Of a DNA stretch of 64,000 nucleotides, positions 1 through 10,800 are shown in pieces. Location: positions 19,727,741 to 19,791,740 of the forward strand of contig CM119270.1 of assembly GCA_051294375.1 (NCBI GenBank), given 5' to 3'. The stretch is from Paraspadella gotoi (Eukaryota; Animalia; Chaetognatha). Numbering within the stretch: position 1 is the first letter of the stretch; each line of letters begins with the position of its first letter. The position numbers and the translations under genes were made by a program. Below the pieces are notes generated by a model that was not told where the DNA came from, did no database searches, and worked only from the letters and a program-made list of their open reading frames with translations.

Positions 1-56
1 AGGCAACGACTTTCTCTCTCTAAAACATTGCTAAAGTTAAAAATAAGACGGATACC

Positions 57-250
57 AATTGTCCCCCTTTTTCCCCCTTTCTTCGCGACTGAATCAGTTG
101 TAAAACTTTTCCCTATTATTTGGGCTGTCTCGATCGCGATGTCGTCCGCCGGTGACTCCGCGGACGTTGAACTTTCATTCCGCGCGGGAACGCACTCGTC
201 GGCCAACAATGATAAATCACGATAATTCTTTCTGACTTTCAATTTGTGAT
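57..250 (-). CDS. possible internal coding exon of an unidentified minus-strand gene
   Basis: ttaag|AT acceptor, open frame HKLKVRKNYRDLSLLADECVPARNESSTSAESPADDIAIETAQIIGKSFTTDSVAKKGGKRGTI, candidate G|GTATCC donor; GC-richer than its flanks. No recognisable domain. Confidence 0.3.
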
Positions 251-316
251 CTTAACAGATCATAACAAATCCTAACATAACAAATCATAACAGACTTCTT
301 AATAAATATATGAAGC

Positions 317-410
317 AATTTGGTAAACTGGCATAATTTGGTCAACTGGCATAATTTGGTCAACCGGCATAATTTGGTCAACCGGCATAATTTGGTCAAC
401 TTGCATAATT
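317..410. repeat. 18-bp tandem minisatellite (TTTGGTCAACYGGCATAA), about 5 copies
   Basis: Tandem units read directly; they give the TKLCRL repeats in ORF 217..513. Confidence 0.9.
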
Positions 411-674
411 TGATGCGAGTTAAAACAATTTGACAAGTTAAAAAAAAGATGTAAGTTAAAAAAATGATACGGGTCGAAAAAATGATGAAAGTTTTAAAAA
501 TTATTTGTATCATTGTAACAGTTCAGTTTAATCCCTCGCAAGCGATTTACATGTATTGGCGCATGTACATTTTACATGGCCCTTTATTATTAGTATCATC
601 CGACTGATTGTTTTCGTTTATTAGTTTTGTAATATTGACATTTATTGTTTTTTTTCTTCTTCCAACGAAGGAAT

Positions 675-966
675 CTACACGATCAATTTCTTGCGATGAT
701 TTCTTTTATTATTAATAATCCATCTTATCATCGCAAATGGAATCGGAACAAAGAAAGGAATCGGATCCACGACTGAGGGCTCTCTCATTGGACGAATCAT
801 CATCGAAGCGACCAATGAGGAGAGAGTTTTCCTGCCATCGGGAAATGAGCCCGTGTCGTTGATCCGATTGTATTGTATAAATACTGGAACAATGATATCC
901 AAAACAAACAAAATAATAAAGCTTGTGATAAGTATTCTACAGTCGCGGAACGTCGCTTTATCTTGA
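675..966 (-). CDS. possible exon encoding a hydrophobic, membrane-like segment
   Basis: ggtacag| acceptor, then an open frame QDKATFRDCRILITSFIILFVLDIIVPVFIQY…NHRKKLIV*. It may belong to the minus-strand XK-like copy upstream. Confidence 0.3.
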
Positions 967-1156
967 CTGTACCAACAGATAAAAATATAACGTTAAGTAT
1001 ATTAATTCACAACAATCAACTACAACCAAGATTCTGTAGTTTGAAACGACTTTGTTCCAATATAATCAATTATAATCAAATAAAAAAAGTTTTTTTTTTT
1101 GCAGACAACGAATTAATTTTTATTTTAAAAAAATGTACAATTTATTAGCCTACCTA

Positions 1157-1262
1157 AGCGCAAAATAAGTTGTGAAAACATGTTTTTCTCTCAATGCCAA
1201 ATCTGTTAAATTTTTTTCACGACTCATTTTGCGCTGATGAAGGCTAACAAATTAGCCGAAAC
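1157..1262 (+). ncRNA. partial hammerhead ribozyme (core and stem II intact, stem III/cleavage triplet missing)
   Basis: CTGATGA (1234-1240), A, GGCTAA-CAAA-TTAGCC, GAAAC. It is preceded by a ~22-bp inverted repeat (1157-1178 vs 1214-1235). Confidence 0.5.
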
Positions 1263-1350
1263 AAAACAAAACCCAAATTTTTAATTGATTCTAATCAATT
1301 AGTAACTAGTATTTGAAGTAAAGAATATATTCTTTAAGAAAAATGGAGAC

Positions 1351-1989
1351 CTGCAAGAAGATGGAACTTTTAATCCTGACGTCGTAATTCAGATTTTCCA
1401 ACTGCAAAGCAGCCATTTTTTCTTCCTTCCGCTTTACACCGACAAATCACGTCCGTTTGAGTAAGGCTTTTGTTGCTAACGTGATAGCGATTCACTATTC
1501 CCTTCAAATTTCTATGCGATGGAATAAGTCGCGTTCGAGGTAAGCATTAAAATCTGGCAAGCATTGGTCGTCGTTCGGAAAGACCAATGAGATAATCGTC
1601 GATGTCGTTTGAAGCAACAATTGCAAAACGACTCGAGGAAAGCTTGAATTATGTTCAAATTGAACAAATGATTTTCTTTTAAATTTAATAAACGAGCGGA
1701 TCAACGATCTCACTCATCAAATAAAATCGAGGGATAGAGGAATGGTCGCCAAACCAAAAGCGTGAAGAATCACGGTGAACGTTTTCGCCACGACGTACCC
1801 CAGATTCGGGCAAAATGGTCACCATGCTTGGCAAATTACGGCCAGACCGTATGTCATCGAGACGACGCTATGAGCCAGGAACACGGGCCAAGAGTAAACG
1901 GCCCAATAGTCCTGGTCATGTGATGATTTGACGAAAGGTGATCGGCGACTGCTTTGGCGTCCGTGGCCAAGTCCGCCGTCGCCAGAATA
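1351..1989 (-). CDS. XK-related (XKR-like) multi-pass membrane protein, N-terminal part, frameshifted in this assembly
   Basis: Across frames the minus strand reads ILATADLATDAKAVADHL (DxxTD first-helix motif), PVFLAHSVVSMTYGLAVI and NLNIIQAFLESF-(L)QLLLQTT, which resembles the XK-family FLESAPQLxLQ signature. Confidence 0.55.
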
Positions 1990-2014
1990 NNNNNNNNNNN
2001 NNNNNNNNNNNNNN

Positions 2015-3167
2015 TGCGTCGTGGGATGCGCGCAAACCTCTCTCGGTCTCGGGCAGGGCGTCTTTCTCATCTTTTTCCAAAGCATGGAAAACTCGTTTTT
2101 CTTTCTCGTTCTCGCGCCTTTTTTAGTTGCACGAGTCTTCACTTTATCCGAACTCGTATATTTTTTAAAGTCAATCAACTGGAATTGGAATTTCTTCGAG
2201 AACGCTTCGCTTCTTCGCATCGGTAACGACTCGGTTCAGAGACTTACCCAAATCTGTTTCACTCTGGCCATTANNNNNNNNNNNNNNNNNNNNNNNNNNN
2301 NNNNNNNNNNNNNNNNNNNNNNNNNNNNNNNNNNNNNNNNNNNNNNNNNNNNNNNNNNNNNNNNNNNNNNNNNNNNNNNNNNNNNNNNNNNNNNNNNNNN
2401 NNNNNNNNNNNNNNNNNNNNNNNNNNNNNNNNNNNNNNNNNNNNNNNNNNNNNNNNNNNNNNNNNNNNNNNNNNNNNNNNNNNNNNNNNNNNNNNNNNNN
2501 NNNNNNNNNNNNNNNNNNNNNNNNNNNNNNNNNNNNNNNAAATGCTTTATCAAATCATTTTGAAGCTTTGTTTGTTCCACGAACACGACCAACCAACGCA
2601 ACTAAGGTGTATATGATGATGTTTCTTGGCAACGCAGCGTTATTTTCTTCAGAAGAAACATTTATGTACATATTTTTTTTGTTAGAACCGATCATTCTAT
2701 TATTGGATTCAATTCTCCTGCTGAGGTCCTACAAAAATCTTTTCGGCCTAATTTTAGTCATTGAGTCGACTTGTTTTTTTATATTTTGGGAAGGTTTGGT
2801 CCTTTATGAAAAGAGCAAATTAGCGCAACTACAAATGTCAATGAAACAACAATATTTTTCAGACGATATTCTTTTCGCTGATTTTTGTCCGTTAGTCATT
2901 TTTTCATGTATTCTTCTGATCCCGAAAAAACTTTTTTCAAGAGCGGACAGCAAAATACTACATGGGGCCCACATACTTTCATCTTTGCTTTGTTCTTGCT
3001 TCGTTAATTACTTAATCTTTTTTAAAATTCGACGTTTTGACGAGAAAAAATATTCTGAAGCTTTGACATCGATTCAAAATTGTATCGATTCTCAACCCGT
3101 AAAAGTTGCCTTGATTTCTATCGTCGACCTCGAAAAGCGAATGTATCTTTATCACATTTTCAGCCAA
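2015..3167 (+). CDS. gap-separated fragments of an XK-related-like membrane protein (cleaner copies of 3895-4160 and 4370-5020)
   Basis: Open hydrophobic frames: GVFLIFFQSMENSFFFLVLAPFLVARVFTLSELVYF (resembles the XK 'SRV' helix) and about 200 codons at 2568-3167. Confidence 0.45.
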
Positions 3168-3267
3168 NNNNNNNNNNNNNNNNNNNNNNNNNNNNNNNNN
3201 NNNNNNNNNNNNNNNNNNNNNNNNNNNNNNNNNNNNNNNNNNNNNNNNNNNNNNNNNNNNNNNNNNN

Positions 3268-5460
3268 TTCCTGGCTCATAGCGTCGTCTCGATGACATAC
3301 GGTCTGGCCGTAATTGCCAAGCATGGTGACCATTTTGCCCGAATCTGGGGTACGTCGTGGCGAAAAACGTTCACCGTGATTCTTCACGCTTTTGGTTTGG
3401 CGACCATTCCTCTATCCCTCGATTTTTATTTGATGAGTGAGATCGTTGATCCGCTCGTTATTAAATTTAAAGAAAATCATTTGTTCAATTTGAACATAAT
3501 TCAAGCTTTTCCCGAGTCGTTTTTGGCAAATTGTTGCTTCAACAACAGAATCGACGATTATCTCATTGTTCTTCCGAACGAACACCATGATTGCCAAAGA
3601 ATTTTAATGCTTACCTCGGAACGCGACTTATTCATCGCATAGAAAATTTGAAGGAATAGTGAATCGCTCATCACGTTAGCAACAAGCCTTACTCAAACGA
3701 AGATCGTGATTTTTCGGTGTAAGCGGAAGGAAGAAAAAATGGGGTCGCTTTGCAGTTGGAAAATGCTGAATTACCGACAGCTTGTTCTCGCATCGCTTTG
3801 TCCTCAAACGAACTTTATCGCTCTGATGTTCAACAGTTCGAAACTCTATAAGATAACATTTGAAGAGGGAACGGTTTTGGTTAAAAAGCGAGCTGGCGTC
3901 GTGGATGCGCGCAAACCTCTCTCGGTCATCGGCAGGGCGTCTTTCTCAATCTTTTTCCAAAAGCATGGAAAACTCGTTTTTTCTTTCTCGTTCAGCGCGC
4001 CTTTTTAGTTGCTACGAGTCTTCAACTTTATCCGAACTCGTATATTTTTTAAAGTCAATCAACGGATTGGAATTTCTTACGAGAACGCTTCGCTTCTTCG
4101 CATCGGTAACGATCGGTTCAGAGATTACCCCAAATCTGTTTCACGATCCTGGCCATTACTTTTTCTCATACGGTTTCAATTTCAAACTGCGACAAAGGAA
4201 AATCTGGAAACAATCGCGCTGGGGCCCGAGCAGTGGCATTTTCGCTAATTGGAACACGTCTATCTTTGTACATAGAACTGGACATTGAGAATTTCAATTA
4301 GGAAATGAGAACGAAAATATTTCGGGTGGTCGTTAATAACGCAAATCCAGCAAAGTGGAAAATCTTTCATCAAATCATTTTGGAAGCTTTGTTGTTTCCA
4401 CGAAACGACCAACCAACGCAACTAAGGTGTATATGAGATGTTTTCTTGGCAACCGCAGCGCCGTATTTTCTTAGAAGAAACATTTATGTACATACTTTTT
4501 TGTTAAGAACCGATCACTTCTATTAATTGATTCAATTCTCCTGCTGAGGTCCCTACAAAAATCTTTATCGGCCATAATTTTAGTCTTTGGGAGTCGACCT
4601 TGTTTTTTTTATATTTGGAAAGGGTTTGGTCCTTTATGAAAAGAGCAAATAGCCATCAACTACAAATGTCATGAAACTACAATATTTTTAGAACGATATT
4701 TCTTGTCGCTGATTTTTTGTCCGTTAGTCATTTTTCATGTATTTACTCTTGATTTCCCGAAAAACTTTTTCAAGAGCGACAGCAAAAATACTACATGGGC
4801 CCACATACTTTTCATCTTGTGCTTTGTTCTTGTTCGTGTAATTTACTTAATCTTTTATTAATAAAAATTCGACGTTTTGGACGGAAAAAATATTACTGAA
4901 AGCTTTGACCATCGAATTCAGAAAAATGTTTATCGATCTTCTCAAACCCGTAAAAGGTTGCCTTGATTTCTTATCGTCGCCTCGAAAAAGCGAATGTATC
5001 TTATCACATTTTTCAGCCAAATTTTTTTTTCTTAGTTTGTCTCACGTTTTTTCCCTTTTCAATTCATCTTTTCCCAGTTAAAGTGAAAGATGAAAAATGC
5101 GAGTTTTTCAAAAAAGCATTTTAATTACGATTTTTTCTGCATTTTAACGCGACGCTTTACTTTATGCTCGATGGATGCGGTCGCGAAATTAAATCCGTAA
5201 CAAAGATTCGCCAGAATTAGAATGCTTGGTCGCTTCGAAAGGAACATTTTGGCGTTCAGCTTAAAAATTTCAACAAGCTTTACTGTGTTGCGTAATGTTT
5301 CAACCTTATCTCGGAGACTCTTCTTCTAAAGTCTTGTCCAAATTATCGTCATTACTTATCCTGGTTTTTATAACGAGATTCTTACCAATTTTACCGAGTG
5401 GGCGATAGAGAAGTCACCGATTTTGCTAATGAATCCGCTTTGATATTTTTCATTTTACCG
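3268..5460 (+). CDS. XK-related-like membrane protein gene or pseudogene in indel-rich sequence
   Basis: 3268-3778 is the reverse complement of about 1380-1880; 3895-5020 repeats the 2015-3167 fragments in order, with many indels. The 3' boundary is approximate. Confidence 0.4.
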
Positions 5461-5919
5461 GCTTTGTTGATACTTTTGCACGCTTAATAGTAAAAGTGTA
5501 AATAAAGAACTGCGTTTTATTAACCACTATTTTCTATAACTTGTTTCTTTTTTTTTTCAGAAAAAAAAATGTTCTCCTATAACTTAAGGAATGTAATTTC
5601 CTATTTTACTAAAAGTCATTCATTATGTTATTACTTGAAACTTGAAAATTATTGTTCAAAAGAATTGATATTATTAACATTGTGAAGTTAATTTATTCTG
5701 TGTGTTATAAGAGTACAAATTTTATATGTCTGAACTGAACAGTAAAATATATCAATGGTCCGGAAGTACCGCATAATTCATGAAATACGGAGTCATTTTG
5801 ATTAATATTTGACATCTTTTCTATAATTTTACTTATTTGGATAATTGCTTTTCTTTCGTTGTTTTTGATTATTGTACAAAGTAGAAGAGCTTTATTTCAT
5901 GATACAACGATAATAAATT

Positions 5920-5967
5920 TTTAGTAAACAAGTTTCGACTCTTCATCGAGTCTTCATCAGCACCAAA
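5920..5967 (-). ncRNA. minimal type I hammerhead ribozyme
   Basis: Minus strand: TTTGGTG CTGATGA A GACTC-GATGAA-GAGTC GAAAC TT GT T TACTAAA. All core nucleotides are present, with a 5-bp stem II, a 7-bp stem I (2 G-U pairs) and a very short stem III. Confidence 0.75.
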
Positions 5968-6707
5968 GTGATTTAATAAAACTTTTTTGCCAAAGAATAT
6001 GACAGAGAGAGAGAGAGAGAGAGAGAGAGTGAGGGAGAGATTAACTAAGACAGAGTGAAATAATGAAATAGAGAGGTGATGGATAGTAAAAGAGAACACA
6101 TATTGAAATTTAAGAGTTGAAAATGAGCTGGCCCGCCTCTGTCGCGTGAAGGAAGGGCAGTGCCGATATGTGCAGGTCATTGGCGCTTCAGGGCTGCGTG
6201 GACAGTAGAGTGGAGCGCTCAAGAACAAAAAATTTATTTGAATGATTGAACAATGTTATTTAGATGTGAGATAGTATGATTAATTAGTACAAAAAATATT
6301 TTGTTCATATTATCTCGGGAACAGAATAGTAAAATATAATATATTTGTAGTAATCTCCTTATAAAAAAGTAAATTTTAAAAATATTTTTTATAAAACTTT
6401 TAATAAAGATTCAGATTCTTCATAAAAAGTTGAATCAAAAATAGAAAACATTTTATCAAAAATTCTGTCATCTTCAATATTTAAAAAAAGAAAAAAGTGA
6501 AAATTCCTTTCCTTGCGGAAACATACCCAATGCAACTCGAATGTCCCGTTGGCCTGGTTTGTCAACTTGCATCAGTTTGTCAATTCTAATCATTTTTTCA
6601 ATTCATATCATTTTTAACTCGCATCATTTTTTTAACTTGCATCATTTTTTTAATTCGCATCATTTTTTAACTTGCATCATTCAACTCGTAATCAGAAAAT
6701 CAATCAT

Positions 6708-6710
<3 letters not shown>

Positions 6711-6800
<90 letters not shown>
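6711..6800. repeat. (AG)n microsatellite, representative of dozens of (AG/CT)n tracts across the window
   Basis: Read directly; such tracts are the source of the ERER/SLSL ORFs. Confidence 0.95.
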
Positions 6801-6804
<4 letters not shown>

Positions 6805-6984
6805 TTGAGAGAGAGAATGTAACTTTTTTTTCCATTTCCACTCGCTCGATTCCATCGAAACTTTATATCTCGCTAAATCACATACCAAGTTTTATCTAGA
6901 TTTATTAATCAAATTTTAAATAATTAACTTAAAATCAACTTGTCCTTAGTTATTTCCATTTAATCTCATTTCCACTCGAGCTTT

Positions 6985-7215
6985 CCAAATCCATCCATCC
7001 AATCACGAGTAATCGGAGGTTTCTGCTTAGGTGGGACGGACGGACAGGCTGCCAGACAGACGGACATCTTTTTTTTTTTTTGCATAATCTATCAAAATTC
7101 GATGTTCTGACATGAAACAAGTTAACGCCCGACAAGATTAAGGCGGCGGACCGACGGACCGACAAAGTGAATTATAGAGTCGGGATCTGCTGAAAAGCAG
7201 ATCCGGCTAAAAAGA
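6985..7215. mobile_element. non-autonomous Helentron-associated (HINE/DINE-like) element
   Basis: GACG/GACA tetramer runs, then hairpin GGATCTGC-TGAAAA-GCAGATCC and GGCTAAAAA. The same terminus recurs at 31364-31404. Boundaries are approximate. Confidence 0.5.
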
Positions 7216-7513
7216 AAATAAAATTAGGCGAGACCAGAGTAGGGAAATGAGGAAGAGAGGACCGACAAGAAAAGTTAGGAAAACTTAGAAAGGTTACTAA
7301 ATAAGAACTTAGAAGTTTAACTTTAATGAGGTGGACCCGTCAGACTACTTTTTCTTCGGCTTTACAATCTCGCAGAATCTTAGGATTACCCGCTTTCTTA
7401 TTTCTCAACTATTCAAACTTCCTCCAAACAATTTCCCACGGACGAATTTGATATCCTTTTATCTTTTAATCCTCTCAAAATTTAGACGCCAAACGGCAAG
7501 TTAAAAAAACAAA

Positions 7514-7737
7514 ATGGCGGAGCGTCATCGGTCGCCTTCCGCCTCCTTCTTCGAGGTGTTGGGAGTCGAGGATGTCGTATTCGAGAAAGCGTTGCATCAT
7601 ATCCGTGATGAACGCGACACCTTGAAGGAGATGCAGAACCTGGTCGAGCACTGGGCGAAGGTGAGCCATCGCTCCTTAGACAGGGTTCGCTCTGGTGCTA
7701 CACGGAATTTAATTGTCTCCGTTTTAATTCTATGTAC

Positions 7738-7822
<85 letters not shown>

Positions 7823-10800
7823 TCATTTTGTAACTATAGATATGTCTCTTACCACCCAGTTAGAGGCGAACTACGCGAAGCAAATGGGCGACACGGCGAA
7901 AAAGTTCGGGCTTCTTTCAAACTATCCTCAACTCAATCTGACTCTGGCAAGGGTGGCCACCGAAATTTCAAACACCCACTTGAAAGTCGCTGATCTGGTT
8001 TGTATTTGTATTTGTATTTGTATTTGTATCTTTCTGGGTTTAGATCCAGTTTGTGTCTTATTTACAGGTCCCTTTGCCTCAGAATTTTCTTACATTAGGG
8101 CGGCTAGCTCGCATTTAAAATTAATTTAATATTTTTATAATAAAGATTTCCATTCGAATCTGACTATTTACCCACTTTACAATTTTTTAAACATTTTGTA
8201 AAAGAAAGGGGAAATTTTGATACATTTTAAAGTTTTCTCCGCCATTAGAGGTCAAAATAAAACGATACTTAGGATTTACAATATTGACGTCATTCCACAT
8301 CTTGCGAAATAAGAATATATTTCTCGTGACCCAAATCGACTGATACAAAAGAAAAATTAATACGTAAACTATACGCAAAAAAAATTATAATACCATTTGA
8401 GAGAAAAATTATTGACGTTTTTAAAAAGTTCAAAACATTGCTCAAAAACGCTTTAAAACATTCTCAAAAAAATTATTATTCAATATTCATGGAGCAAAAA
8501 ACCTTGTCCAAAAACAGCTGTAATTTTTTACCATTACAAAAGTCGAATGCTCATAACAACTTTGGTTTCTGCCTGAAAACCTCTTTAGTTATAATTCACC
8601 ACAATAACAGGTGGGAACCTGAGGATAGCTAAGAAATATTCCCTCTTCTTAAACTGATTTTTTCTTGAAATACTTTTACGTTGCCAATAAAGGTCACTCT
8701 ATCTAGCTTAAAATGCCAATTTTTAAAATTTTCTTGCCATAAGCACTCCTCTTTCCTTAGTTTTTCAATATAGGACAAGCTAATTATTGGCAATTTGGCA
8801 GTGAATACCCATCTTTGTCTTGCCAATAATCTTTTGAGACAAAAAAGCATTTTTGGAAATTGCTTTGTCAGCCAGCTAGAATTGTTTGAATATAGGCTGG
8901 AGTATGGCCACAGCAGGGTTGCCTGTGATGCCTATTGGGATGGGGAATCTCACTGTTGGCTTTGGAGGCTTCCGACCCTTAGTAACGCATCCAGTCACTG
9001 GCGCGGTTACCCTAGGACGGTCTCGCTTTGGAAACGCAGAGGGAAGTCGTTAGGACTGTGGATTAAGGCGTAGTAAAATTTCTAAATTTAACTTTAATTA
9101 AAATTCTAAAGGTGAGGAACGAACAACATTATACTAATGAACATTTTTTATGTAATAAAAAAAATTATAATAAATTTTACAATTTATGCAGTAGGCCATA
9201 TTTATATTAGTACTAATCCAATAAATGTTAAAATTTTAAAAAAGTTTTTTTTAACATTTTTTTGTAGATTTGGATTTGTCATAAAAAGTTGATTAAAAGA
9301 AATATAACTCTTTTTGAAAAATTCCTTCTTTAAGTCGGTCAAACATTAGAAAAAACTATATTTTAAGCTGAAAATTAACTTTTTATATGTTAAATATATT
9401 TTTTTAAGTTTTTAATCCACTTAATGAAAGAATTTTTAAAAATGATTTATATTTTCTTTTATCAACTTTTGACGAGGAATTCAAATCAGCAATCAAAATT
9501 AAAAAAAGCCTATTTTGAAATTTTTTGATTTTATAAGGATAGTACTATATATAAATATAGCCTACTGCGAAAATTAAAAAACATAAAATTATTTTTATGA
9601 TTAAGAAAACGTCGAATTTGGGATCAAGTGCAGTATTTTTTTTCTTTTATAGAAAACCAATATTTCGATCTTATTTGACAGATCATCGTTCTTACCCTGA
9701 ACGATGATCTGTCAAATAAGATCGAAATATTGGTTTTCTATAAAAGAAAAAAAAATACTGCACTTGATCCAAATTCGACGTTTTCTTAATCATAATTTAA
9801 ACAGTGCATGTGATGACTCTACAAACTTATAAAATTATTTTGTTTTACAAATTAATATTCACTGATGGTATGTTGTTCATATTTGACTTTTAGAATTTCC
9901 GTACGTAACTTTCACTACGCTCTACTGTGGATGGAACATGATAATTGATTAAAATAAAATGTATACACAAAAAACGTCAAAAAGTTATTTATCATTTAAA
10001 AAAATCCGAGTAAGTCTATCTCAACTCAGTAAAGTACAGCAGTGGTTTATTTTGTATCATCGGATTTGGCTCACGGGGTAAAAACTCTACAAGGCTTCTA
10101 TTTTTAAGATCTTTTTCCACTTACATTAAGTTTTCCTTGAAGAGCGACTTCCAATTTTTTTTTTCTTGGCACCGGTTATCAGATTCGGAATTATTTGAGA
10201 GCTATTTAAGTAACCGTATTCTATATAGTTTATTTATATAAATATATCATTCGCTGTCATCACACACAATCCTGTCACTCCTCAAAAGCTCAAACAAAAG
10301 ACCGAAGACATGGGTCAGGCCGCTACGGATATCAGAGATCGTACCAAGGAACTCGAGCGCTCTCTGGGGGATGCGGCGAAGGAGGTGGCGACGGCAACGA
10401 AAAGCGTCAAGGATGCGGAAAAAATGGTTGCGACAAAACAGAAGGATTTGGACGAGCTCATGGACAAAGTGGCGGCGGGTAAGTGGTAAACAACGGGCCG
10501 ACGTTACGTTTGTCAAATTCCGTGTGCTGATTAAGGCGTAATAAAATTTCTAAAATTTACTTTAATTAAAATTCTAAAAGTGAGGAAAGAAAAGCATTAT
10601 ACTAATGAACTTTTATGTATTAAAAAAAATTAAAAAAAATTCATAATAAATTTTCCAATTTACGCAGGAGTCTATATTCATACAATAAATGTTAAAATTT
10701 CAAAACAGTTTTTTCTGAGATTTTTTTATAAAAAGTTGATAAAAAGAAATATAACTTTTTTTAAAAAAATTCCTTCATAAGGTGGGTCAAAAATCAGAAA

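Noticed and set aside
8589-9060. CAC…GTG termini suggesting a Transib/RSS-like element
   Set aside because: There is no extended TIR or 5-bp TSD; the right 'end' is part of the neighbouring MITE's TSD.
9063-9066. TTAA target site for the MITE pair at 9064 and 10532
   Set aside because: The right ends lack TTAA; the flanks show 8-9 bp duplications instead.
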